This document shows, piece after piece, positions 1 to 8,892 of a stretch of DNA of 64,000 nt. A program made the translations under genes and the position numbers. The stretch covers positions 5,509-69,508 of the forward strand of contig CALHRX010000005.1 in NCBI GenBank assembly GCA_938038225.1, given 5' to 3'. This DNA is from an uncultured Dialister sp. GTDB taxonomy: Bacteria; Bacillota; Negativicutes; Veillonellales; Dialisteraceae. Below the pieces are notes generated by a model that worked only from the letters and a program-made list of their open reading frames with translations, was not told the DNA's origin and did no database searches. Position 1 is the stretch's first letter, and the number at the start of each line of letters is the position of its first letter.

Positions 1-474
1 AATAATTTTTGCCGTATAGGGAACTACGTGGACCTGCATGCCCGGCTTTACGATGGTCATCCCATCCTCCAGCGGCATCATCGTTTTCCAGTCGAATCCT
101 GCGTCATTCACGACACCTTGTACGGTTTGCTGCGTCGTATAAACAACCTTACGAGCATTTCCGGCTACCAGAGTAACCGGCACCGCTCTTTCCAGAACCA
201 GAATAGAACCATCCTCCACTTCCTTGGAAGAAGACCAAAATGTATCGTAAGTCGACATAGACAGATCCAGTTCGTTTAAAACCGTTTTAAAATTGTCCGC
301 CGTCGTCTTAACCACATACTTGTCTTGTCCGTCATAAACGGTAACCACCTTTTCATGGCTCTTCAGCGATAAATTGAAGGCAGCCAGGACTCGATCGTTC
401 TGACTCACAATTGCCAGGAGCAAAATCAAACAGGTTACTGCATTTTTGACTTTTTCTTGTGTCAGTTTCTTCAT
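1..474 (-). CDS. Partial CDS (3' end lies beyond the window start): secreted/membrane-anchored DUF348/G5-type protein, YabE/RpfB-like, N-terminal portion
   Basis: Reverse-strand translation from the ATG at 472-474 gives MKKLTQEKVKNAVTCLILLLAIVSQ... (signal/TM segment), then repeats typical of DUF348/G5 cell-wall proteins. An RBS GGAGAGTGAAGG lies upstream. The ORF runs off the window edge, so it is absent from the ORF track. Confidence 0.5.
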   Translation of the reverse strand, partial: MKKLTQEKVKNAVTCLILLLAIVSQNDRVLAAFNLSLKSHEKVVTVYDGQDKYVVKTTADNFKTVLNELDLSMSTYDTFWSSSKEVEDGSILVLERAVPVTLVAGNARKVVYTTQQTVQGVVNDAGFDWKTMMPLEDGMTIVKPGMQVHVVPYTAKII

Positions 475-1142
475 CCTTCACTCTCCTATGGCTGACATTC
501 TACCATAGGTGGACTTTTTGTCAAAATTTTTTAAGTTTACAATTTATTTATTCCTTATTTTCTTCGATTTTTACTGTATTTTATCCTATAAAAACTTTTC
601 GCCTTTTAATTTTATATCATGTATTATTTGCTTTTATTTGTACTAAAACTCAGTATTTATCTGTATTCCTTGTTCTTCCTAATTGTCAATTTGTCCTCTA
701 CCGATAGACATTTGTACAAAATTAAAAATTTATGAGTGATTCTATCTCCCATATTACCGTACTTTCTGCATTGATCCGTGGCCGTCCCTGCATAAAATGT
801 AAACTTCATTTTACAGATTGGTTTACTTAGGATTGGCGGTTTTTGTCCCATTTTTTCCATGCATTATTTTCAATTTTTGCTCAATGTGGGAGATTTTGTT
901 CAAAAATATGCCCAACGGAGAGGTTCGTTCCCAAAATCCATGCATTTAAACAGCAAAAGTGGAAATATCCATTCAGGCAAGGTCTGCTTCCGAACAGATG
1001 CCTTTCATTTGCACCCTTTCCCGGGTACTGTACTTTATTCATTTTCCGCCCCAGCAATTCCTGCCCGTTCAAAATTATTTTTCAGACTATGCTTCGCTTT
1101 CCTGAAATATTTCCGCTCCAAATTCCTATCGACAGGGCCGCA

Positions 1143-1202
1143 GAATAAGAAAAAAAGATCAGAGAAATAGATTTTATTTCTCCGATCTTTTTCTTATTCT
1201 TT
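1143..1202 (-). terminator. Intrinsic terminator downstream of ppk (inverted repeat plus T-run; reads bidirectionally)
   Basis: Long inverted repeat gaataagaaaaaaagatcagagaaat / atttctccgatctttttcttattc, located immediately 3' of the ppk stop at 1222. Confidence 0.6.
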
Positions 1203-1221
1203 ATATTTCAATTCCCTGAAA

Positions 1222-3396
1222 TTATTCTTCATGACTGCTGAAAACCGGTACATAGGGCTCCAGCTTTTGTGCAAGAGACATCTCTGTTTCCTGTGTTCTT
1301 TCTTCCGCCAATGCCTGGAAACGGTTCTGTGCACAAAGCTTTTGTTCGGGAGCGATATCCTTGCGCCACGTTCCGTCAGACTGCATAACATGAGCCTTCT
1401 GATTATCTGCTAATTCCCATTCCAGCATATCGTTCAGCCGCTTGCAAAGATCGGCATCACGGACCGGTACCATAAGCTCTACGCGGTCATTCAGATTTCT
1501 CGGCATCCAGTCTGCACTGCTGATATAAAATTCTTCTCTGCCGCCGTTTTCAAAGCGGAATACACGGCTGTGTTCCAAGAAACGTCCTACCAGGCTTCTT
1601 ACGGTAATATTGTCACTCACGCCGGGAATACCGGGAATCAGAACACAAATTCCCCGGACGATTAAATCAATCTTCACCCCTGCGCAGGATGCTTCATACA
1701 GCTTAGCAATGATTTCCTTATCCAGAAGAGAATTCATCTTTGCTGTAATTCGTGCATTTTCTCCTTCTTTTGCGAACTGGATTTCTCTGTCAATCAGTTC
1801 CATACACCGTTCCCGCAGATTGATAGGTGCCACAATGAAGGAATCCCAGATCGGCGGATCAGAATACCCGGACAGAAGATTGAAAAAAGCAGAAGCATCA
1901 GCGCCAAACCGGTCATTGCAGGTAAAAATTCCCAAATCAGTATAGAGCTTTGCCGTAGAGGCATTGTAGTTCCCCGTTGCCACATGGACATATCGGCGAA
2001 TTCCGTCCTTTTCGCGGCGAATGATAAGGGTGCACTTGGAATGGGTCTTCAGTCCCACCATCCCATAAACTACGTGAGCCCCGGCTTTTTCCAGGCGCCT
2101 TGCCATCAAGATATTGTTGGCTTCGTCAAAACGCGCCTTTACTTCCATCAAAACCGTAACCTGTTTCCCGTTTTGCGCCGCCTTTTCCAGAGCCTGAATA
2201 ATCGGGCTGGAAGAGGAGACACGATACAGAGTCTGTTTGATTGCCAGGACATTGTCATCCACTGCAGCAGAGGCAACAAAGTTAACAACGGAATCATCAA
2301 AAGATTCATAGGGAAGGTGAACCAGGAGGTCTTTTTCACGGATCATGTCAAAAATATTCCGCTTCTTTCCCTTTTCCAATTCAATCATAGACCAAGGGCG
2401 ATGAGGATGTGCTTCCTTGTAGCGCAGCCGATCATATCCCTTGATACCGCAAAAGCCAAAATACATCGTCATATCCAGCGGTCCGTCGATTTCATACATA
2501 TCTTCTTTTTCAAGATTCATTTCCTGGGTCATGAAACGGCGCATGAAACGACTCGTTCCCCGTTCGAATTCGATACGGACAGCCTGTCCTCTCTGCCGCT
2601 TTTTCAGCTGTTTCTCCACTTCCACAACCAGATCCTGCGCATCTTCTTCATCAATGTACAAATCGGCGTCCCGAATAATGCGGAAAGGCCGGGCTTCCAG
2701 CAAATCATACCCCATAAAAAGACGGGCTGCGTAATAGGTCAGTACCTGTTCCAGAAGAACAAAATCATGACGGCCGGGATTCGACGAATCATCAGGCAGA
2801 CGAATGATTCGGGGCAGCAGGGACGGCACCGGCACAATTGCCGTCTTTACATCGATATCATTTTCTTCATCAATATCGGTTCCTCTTTCATTTTTCTCCA
2901 GGAGCATTGCGATATTCAGGCTTTTCGCTGCCAGGAAGGGAAAAGGATGTGAGGAATCGACAGCCATGGGCGTAACAACCGGGAATATTTCTCTTTCGAA
3001 ATAGTTTTCCAGCCAATCCTGCTGAAAAGGCTTTGCATCCTTGGGTTGAATGAAATAAAGACCTTCTTTTTCCAGTTCCTTCAATATAATTTTCAGATAA
3101 TGATATTGCTGCGTCACAAGATGCTGACAGAAATCAGAAATGGCATCCAGCTGTTCTGCCGGAGTCATATTGGCAATATCCCGGCGGCTGATATTATTTT
3201 CTTTTTGATGTTTCAGACCTGCTACGCGAATCATGAAAAATTCATCCAGATTGGAGCTGGTGATTGCCAGAAATTTCAATTTTTCCAAAAGAGGATTGTT
3301 CGGGTCCACAGCTTCCTGCATGACTCTCCTGTTAAACTGCAGCCAGGACAATTCGCGATTCAAATAATACCGGTGATTCCTGAGATCGGCGTCCAT
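1222..3396 (-). CDS. ppk: Polyphosphate kinase 1
   Basis: 724 aa. The N-terminus MDADLRNHRYYLNRELSWLQFNRRVMQEA and the C-terminal PLD-like domains are diagnostic of PPK1. Confidence 0.95.
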   Translation of the reverse strand: MDADLRNHRYYLNRELSWLQFNRRVMQEAVDPNNPLLEKLKFLAITSSNLDEFFMIRVAGLKHQKENNISRRDIANMTPAEQLDAISDFCQHLVTQQYHYLKIILKELEKEGLYFIQPKDAKPFQQDWLENYFEREIFPVVTPMAVDSSHPFPFLAAKSLNIAMLLEKNERGTDIDEENDIDVKTAIVPVPSLLPRIIRLPDDSSNPGRHDFVLLEQVLTYYAARLFMGYDLLEARPFRIIRDADLYIDEEDAQDLVVEVEKQLKKRQRGQAVRIEFERGTSRFMRRFMTQEMNLEKEDMYEIDGPLDMTMYFGFCGIKGYDRLRYKEAHPHRPWSMIELEKGKKRNIFDMIREKDLLVHLPYESFDDSVVNFVASAAVDDNVLAIKQTLYRVSSSSPIIQALEKAAQNGKQVTVLMEVKARFDEANNILMARRLEKAGAHVVYGMVGLKTHSKCTLIIRREKDGIRRYVHVATGNYNASTAKLYTDLGIFTCNDRFGADASAFFNLLSGYSDPPIWDSFIVAPINLRERCMELIDREIQFAKEGENARITAKMNSLLDKEIIAKLYEASCAGVKIDLIVRGICVLIPGIPGVSDNITVRSLVGRFLEHSRVFRFENGGREEFYISSADWMPRNLNDRVELMVPVRDADLCKRLNDMLEWELADNQKAHVMQSDGTWRKDIAPEQKLCAQNRFQALAEERTQETEMSLAQKLEPYVPVFSSHEE

Positions 3397-3398
3397 AC

Positions 3399-4955
3399 TT
3401 ACCTCCGTTCCAGCTTAGCTTCCAAGCCGAATATAGTTTCAAAAAATTTCTTTTCTTTATCAAACATCCATGTTTCCAAAGCGGTGTCTTCCTGACTGTC
3501 GTACTCAATCAGCAGCGTATCGCCTGTAATACGGGCAGTGATATCTTTCATTTTCTGTTTTCTCGAAATATCCATGGCCCGGACAAGACGAAGAATTGCA
3601 ATCAAACGCAGAGCAGTCATCTTGGACTCATCGGAAAGAATCCGGAAAGGCATATCATCGTCCTTCGGCGTTCCTTTATGGTCATAATAAACAACACTTG
3701 CAACGATATCTTTTTCCCTGTCGGAAATTCCGAATATATCAATTCCCCGGATCATATGCCAGGACTGGATCGAAGAGCCCAGAAGATTGACATATTTTCC
3801 GATCTGATACAGAATAATCGCCATCCGAAGGAGGAATTCATCTCTTTCGTTAAATCCGCCCCGCTTGTCAAAGGCGTTCATAATAATATGGCTGTACAAT
3901 TCCATCACCCGGGCATGCTCCGGTTCATAGTAATAAGATTTCGCGATGGAGCGGGTAAGTTCCAGATTCTGTGCCCGCATATAGAGAAGAGCGTTATCAT
4001 TTGTCTTTTTGGCACCGTAAAACATAACTGCTGCCTGAATAAATTTCATATTCATCAGAGCAACATTCTCTACCGGTACATTTCTCAAAATTTCTTCACA
4101 GATATGAATCGTGGGCAAAACAACCGATGCTTCCCCTTCATTCACATGATATTTCTGCCGAATGATAGATACGGAAAGCGAAGCCGTTTTTCTGTAAAAA
4201 TCATGAATTACAGAAGGAGATACTTCCGTAATCGTATTCTGCTCCACCGGAAGCCCCATCAGCATTCCTGCAATCCGGGCTTCCCGGCCTGAAAGAAACA
4301 ATGCATCAATATGATAATCACGGATGCCCGCCCACAGCGGCTTCATAATAGCATGGATGTATTCGGAAAGAGCCGCAGAGAACGAGCGGGAATCTCTCTG
4401 ATTCATGGTAAAAGTTTCTATAAGACGAAGTGTTCCGATATGTACATTGTGCTGATAGCAGAGCGCTCCGTTCTGCCATACGGTAAGTCCTACACAGCCG
4501 GAGGTAATGTCTACAAAAAGAAAATTCTTTCCGAATTTCTCTTCATGTTCGCGATTGTACCGGCGTACCTGATACTGCAGGCCGAAATGCTTAAAGTAAA
4601 TTTCCTGCGGCATATCCACAATCTGAACATTGAATCCCGTATTGACCCGAATCAAATCCAGAATTGCCCGCTGATTTTCTGCTTCCCGGAGAACCGCCGT
4701 AGCATAAACCGCATACACTTTGACCCGATAGTCATTCAGCAGCTGCTTTAAACCGTTCAGCATATGGCAAAGCTTACGAATCGATGCAAAAGAAAGACTT
4801 CTGTGGTTAAATACTTCCGCACCGAAAGTTGTATCTTTCTGGACAGACTCAATGACACGAATGTCCCCCATGCCCCTGTACTCTGCAATGGACATGGATA
4901 AACTGGCTGATCCGATATGGATAATCCCATAAATCAGCGGCTTTACCTCAGACAT
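3399..4955 (-). CDS. ppx: Ppx/GppA-family exopolyphosphatase with C-terminal HD domain (paralog 1); start moved to the internal ATG with RBS
   Basis: Ppx/GppA N-terminal motif IYGIIHIGSASLSMSI. RBS AGGGAGG sits in front of MSEVKPL. Immediately upstream of ppk in the same orientation. Confidence 0.85.
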   Translation of the reverse strand: MSEVKPLIYGIIHIGSASLSMSIAEYRGMGDIRVIESVQKDTTFGAEVFNHRSLSFASIRKLCHMLNGLKQLLNDYRVKVYAVYATAVLREAENQRAILDLIRVNTGFNVQIVDMPQEIYFKHFGLQYQVRRYNREHEEKFGKNFLFVDITSGCVGLTVWQNGALCYQHNVHIGTLRLIETFTMNQRDSRSFSAALSEYIHAIMKPLWAGIRDYHIDALFLSGREARIAGMLMGLPVEQNTITEVSPSVIHDFYRKTASLSVSIIRQKYHVNEGEASVVLPTIHICEEILRNVPVENVALMNMKFIQAAVMFYGAKKTNDNALLYMRAQNLELTRSIAKSYYYEPEHARVMELYSHIIMNAFDKRGGFNERDEFLLRMAIILYQIGKYVNLLGSSIQSWHMIRGIDIFGISDREKDIVASVVYYDHKGTPKDDDMPFRILSDESKMTALRLIAILRLVRAMDISRKQKMKDITARITGDTLLIEYDSQEDTALETWMFDKEKKFFETIFGLEAKLERR

Positions 4956-5376
4956 AAAAGCCTCCCTTATGATGAAATAAAAAAACATCACGGATCTACA
5001 TTTCCCGCGAAGCTTTCCCCTGTTCATACATGCAGTTTCTTCCTGAGCAAACCTTCTCAGAAGATTCTGTTTTCTCAAAATGACTCATCAAAAGACAACA
5101 GCGGAAAACAGCAAAAAGCTTCGCTTTTATGCGAATTTTCTGCATAAATCTGAAAAATTATATTTCCCCGCCGTCTATAGTTTTATTATATCACAATCCC
5201 CTGTCCGCTTATCCGTTTTTCCCATTCCTTACAAATTTTTTACGTTTCGCTTACTGAATTCCTCAGTTTATACCTCATTTACGCCTTTGACACAGGTTCT
5301 TTAATTCACCCTCGCTGTGGTGTACAATAAAAATGTCAATAAGAATCAATTTCCGAACTGTTCCAGAGGAGAAATC

Positions 5377-6993
5377 ATGAAACGTATTGCCATCATTGAT
5401 TTAGGTTCCAATTCCATCCGTTTTATCATCATTGAAGTTGAATCAAACGGAGCTTACAAATTAATTTATCAGGAAAAGAAATCCATCCGTCTGGCCGAAG
5501 GCATGAGTCCATCCTCAAGGCTTCTTTCGGAAGAAGCCCAGATGAGAGCACTCCGCTGTCTCGCCGTCTATGCAGGCATCATAAAAGTTCAGCAGGTGGA
5601 CAAAGTATTGGCTGTTGCGACGGCAGCCGTACGAAATGCTCTGAACGGAGCCTCTTTCCTTCGAAGAGTCCACCTGTCCACCGGCATTCCCATGACAATC
5701 ATCAGCGGCCAGAAAGAAGCATCTCTGGGTGTTTCCGGGGTTCTCCATACAATCGATGCCAGCGATTTCCTGCTTTTTGATTTGGGCGGAGCCAGCGTGG
5801 AAATTTCCCTGATTCGAAATAAAAAACGTCTTCACTCCGTTTCCATTCCCGTCGGCGCAGTAACTCTGACAGAAAAATTCCACTCCGAGGATACTGTCAC
5901 CAAAGAACAGTCCGAAGAAATCGGAAAATATATTTCCCGGCTTCTGGATAAGATTTCCTGGTTCCCTGCGGAGCCTATCCCCGTAATCGGTGTAGGAGGC
6001 ACCATTCGTAATCTGGCCAAGATTGATCAGCGGGCTTCCGTTTATCCCCTCCACAAGCTGCATAATTATCAGCTTCCCTCAAAGAATCTTTTCGCCATTG
6101 TAGACATGCTTTGCGGAAAAACACGGGACGAACGTCTGAAAATTTCCGGTCTTTCCACTGAGCGTGCCGATATCATTATCGCCGGTTCTCTGGCCGTCCG
6201 GGAAATCGTAAAAAGAGCCAGGGCTCCCTACCTTATTATTTCCGGCTGCGGTCTGCGGGAAGGTCTTTTCTTCCACTACTATGATTCGCTGTACAGGCAG
6301 GAGCCGAAGGGTGAAAAGAATATGCTCCTTGATTCCGTCCGGAACTATCAGCGAACTCTGGCCCCTCACGACACACTTCATACACAATATGTAACGCTTA
6401 TGGCTCTTTCACTTTTTGATCAGTGGGCCAAGAGACATCAGCTCCCGCAAAGGCTTCGGCACGTTCTGGCTGCTGCCGGTTATCTCCATGATGTAGGTAC
6501 TCTGATCAATTATTACAGCCATGCCCGGCACAGTGCCTATATGGTAGCCAACGCGCATATCTTCGGATGGACTCACAGAGAACAGCTCATGGCGGCTCTG
6601 GTCTGCGCATTCCACCATGGCTATTCCGGAAAGATGATGAAGTCATTCCCGCATACATGTCTTCTGACAGAAGAAGATGTCCGTCAGGTAAAAATTCTTT
6701 CCCTTTTCCTCGCTTTGGCGGAAGCACTGGATGAAAACAGAGAACATTGCATTACCCGGCTGATCTGTGCCGACCGCAAGAAGGCCATGGACCTTCGTAT
6801 TTATACTTCGTCAGATAACTTTGATGTTCCCGCTCATGCCGTCAATCATCTGTTAAAGGACTTTGAAAAATCCTTCGGAATCCCCCTGCTGATTCAGTGG
6901 TTCCCCGGTACAAAAGGGAAAAATGAAATTCTGGAAAAAGCCAAACGGTTATGTGCTGCAGATGCGGCGGTTCCCGAATCCGTTCATTCCTGA
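5377..6993 (+). CDS. Ppx/GppA-family phosphatase with C-terminal HD domain (paralog 2); start at MKRIAIIDLGSNS
   Basis: Motif AIIDLGSNSIRFII and an HD-like region YLHDVGTLINYYSHARHS. RBS GAGGAG lies 7 nt upstream of the ATG at 5377. Confidence 0.85.
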   Translation: MKRIAIIDLGSNSIRFIIIEVESNGAYKLIYQEKKSIRLAEGMSPSSRLLSEEAQMRALRCLAVYAGIIKVQQVDKVLAVATAAVRNALNGASFLRRVHLSTGIPMTIISGQKEASLGVSGVLHTIDASDFLLFDLGGASVEISLIRNKKRLHSVSIPVGAVTLTEKFHSEDTVTKEQSEEIGKYISRLLDKISWFPAEPIPVIGVGGTIRNLAKIDQRASVYPLHKLHNYQLPSKNLFAIVDMLCGKTRDERLKISGLSTERADIIIAGSLAVREIVKRARAPYLIISGCGLREGLFFHYYDSLYRQEPKGEKNMLLDSVRNYQRTLAPHDTLHTQYVTLMALSLFDQWAKRHQLPQRLRHVLAAAGYLHDVGTLINYYSHARHSAYMVANAHIFGWTHREQLMAALVCAFHHGYSGKMMKSFPHTCLLTEEDVRQVKILSLFLALAEALDENREHCITRLICADRKKAMDLRIYTSSDNFDVPAHAVNHLLKDFEKSFGIPLLIQWFPGTKGKNEILEKAKRLCAADAAVPESVHS

Positions 6994-7089
6994 TAAGCCG
7001 CTCAGCTTGCTTTCCCCTTTTCGAATCTATGGATTCTAATTTGAATAACTGCCGGCAGCTGCCGGAACGTATAAAACAAGGAGACTGTT

Positions 7090-7584
7090 ATGACAGAAAA
7101 AAGAGAGGGTCTGGAAAATCTGACTCTTCTGGGAAACCAAAATACAAAATATGCCTTTGATTATAATCCGGATCTTTTGGAAAAAATCCCCAACAAGCAT
7201 ACGGATAATGACTACTTTGTAAAATTCAACTGTCCGGAATTTACAAGCCTTTGCCCCAAAACGGGACAGCCGGACTTTGCTACCATTTATATTTCCTACA
7301 TCCCCGATCAATACATCGTGGAAAGCAAGTCGCTGAAGCTGTACCTTTTCAGTTTCCGCAATCACGGAGACTTCCATGAAGACTGTGTGAATATGATTCT
7401 GAAAGATCTTGTTCACCTTCTCAAGCCCCGATACATGGAAGTATGGGGCCGCTTTCTCCCCCGCGGCGGTCTTTCCATAGATCCTTATGCCAATTACGGA
7501 ATGCCTGATACGGAATGGAAAGATTTTGCCCGCTATCGTCTTCTTCACCATGACTTGAATCCGGAAAAGGTAGATAATCGATAA
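7090..7584 (+). CDS. queF: NADPH-dependent 7-cyano-7-deazaguanine (preQ0) reductase
   Basis: 164 aa. The motifs [17 protein letters not shown] and the E(S/L)KSLKLYL region are characteristic of unimodular QueF. Confidence 0.9.
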   Translation: MTEKREGLENLTLLGNQNTKYAFDYNPDLLEKIPNKHTDNDYFVKFNCPEFTSLCPKTGQPDFATIYISYIPDQYIVESKSLKLYLFSFRNHGDFHEDCVNMILKDLVHLLKPRYMEVWGRFLPRGGLSIDPYANYGMPDTEWKDFARYRLLHHDLNPEKVDNR

Positions 7585-7716
7585 AAGTTCTCTGCTTTTT
7601 TCCGCCTCAAGCGTAAAATTCCGCAGGAGCTCCTCTTCGCCTTTGCAGGGCATTCGGGCGGCTCCGTTTGGAATATATAAGTATACAGATATCCAATATC
7701 ATTAAGGAGGCGCCTT

Positions 7717-8586
7717 TTGGAAAACCAAAACGCAGTATCACAGGCCGTCAATGCCGAACTGGACTGGACCGGACACCTTCTGAACAATCTGAAGGATGTC
7801 GCTTTAGCCCGCGGAATGGATTGGATTACCGCAATCCTTATTTTTATCATCGGATATATCATCTGCCGATATATCCGGCGCGGTGCCCGTCATCTGCTGG
7901 AACGCAGCAATGTAGATCCGTCTGCACGAAGCTTCATTTCTGAAATTATATTCTTTTTCTTCCTGGCTATCGTTGTCCTCTTCGCACTGGGTACCGCCGG
8001 ATTCAATGCGGGAACCTTGGCGGCAGCCTTCGGCGGCATCGGTCTTGCCATTGCACTTGGATTAAAAGATAATATCGGCAATGTAGCCTCAGGAATTTTC
8101 ATTCTGATCTTCAAACCTTTCCGTGTGGGAGATTATATCAAAACTTCTGCAGGTGAAGGAACGGTGAAGGATATCCGTATCATGTATACCGTTCTTTCTA
8201 CGCTGGGCAACCAAATGATCGTAATCCCTAATTCTGCTCTGATCAGCAGCCCTATCAAAAACTATTCCTATAATGATGTAAGAAATCTGGAATACACTTT
8301 CGGCGTGGGGTATGACACCGATCTGCGTTCCTGCCTTTCTCTTTTGCGGGAAATTTTCAGCGAAAGCCCGTATGTACTGGATAAAGAAGGAATTACAATC
8401 TATATTTCCGAAATGGCTGCATCTTCCATCAATATTTATGCCAGAGCTCCGGTTGACCGGACCAAATTTTACGAAGCACAGAATGAAATTTATATTGCCG
8501 TCAAGGCCGCCTTTGACCGGGAAGGCATTGACATTCCATTCCCTCAGCTGGTCATCCATACTGCTCCGGACAAACTTTCATCTTGA
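7717..8586 (+). CDS. Small-conductance mechanosensitive channel, MscS family
   Basis: 289 aa with an N-terminal TM segment and the MscS beta-domain signature FKPFRVGDYIKTSAGEGTVKDI. Confidence 0.85.
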   Translation: MENQNAVSQAVNAELDWTGHLLNNLKDVALARGMDWITAILIFIIGYIICRYIRRGARHLLERSNVDPSARSFISEIIFFFFLAIVVLFALGTAGFNAGTLAAAFGGIGLAIALGLKDNIGNVASGIFILIFKPFRVGDYIKTSAGEGTVKDIRIMYTVLSTLGNQMIVIPNSALISSPIKNYSYNDVRNLEYTFGVGYDTDLRSCLSLLREIFSESPYVLDKEGITIYISEMAASSINIYARAPVDRTKFYEAQNEIYIAVKAAFDREGIDIPFPQLVIHTAPDKLSS

Positions 8587-8611
8587 CAAGCTCACTTAAA
8601 GAATGATAGAT
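8583..8611 (+). promoter_or_regulatory. Sigma-70-type promoter for the T-box leader
   Basis: TTGACA (8583-8588), a 17-nt spacer, then ATAGAT preceded by TG (extended -10). It overlaps the mscS stop. Confidence 0.55.
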
Positions 8612-8617
8612 TTAGAA

Positions 8618-8880
8618 ATAATACAAATCCTTTGAAGGGGAAGAGTAATAAAGAAAATGTGCTACAGGGAGCCGGCGCGAGTGGAAGTCCGGTGCGGCAG
8701 TCTTTATGAATGGGCCCCGGAGGTGCTTCTTCGAATCTTCGGATGTAGAAGCTGACGGTGTCTCCGTTACCGGACTAAGTAAGCTGGGCTTTTGCGCCAA
8801 TAAGGGTGGTACCGCGGAATCTGTTCCTTTCGTCCCTTTGCCGATTATTACGGCAGAGGAACGAAAGGATTTTTTTATGC
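8618..8880 (+). promoter_or_regulatory. T-box riboswitch leader (tRNA-sensing), probable methionine specifier, with intrinsic terminator
   Basis: Canonical T-box sequence AAUAAGGGUGGUACCGCGG at 8799-8818. The variable base is U, implying a tRNA with discriminator A73. Terminator hairpin TTCCTTTCGTCCCTTTGCCG...CGGCAGAGGAACGAAAGGA plus T7 at 8822-8879. Stem-I-like elements are present (GAAGGGGAAGAGUA K-turn/AG box). The candidate specifier UUU-AUG-A lies at about 8746-8752. Confidence 0.8.
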
Positions 8881-8892
8881 AGGAGGTACATT

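Noticed and set aside
1984-2952. 322-aa ORF on the + strand inside ppk
   Set aside because: Antisense to a well-supported PPK1 gene. Low-complexity, no RBS. Typical shadow ORF.
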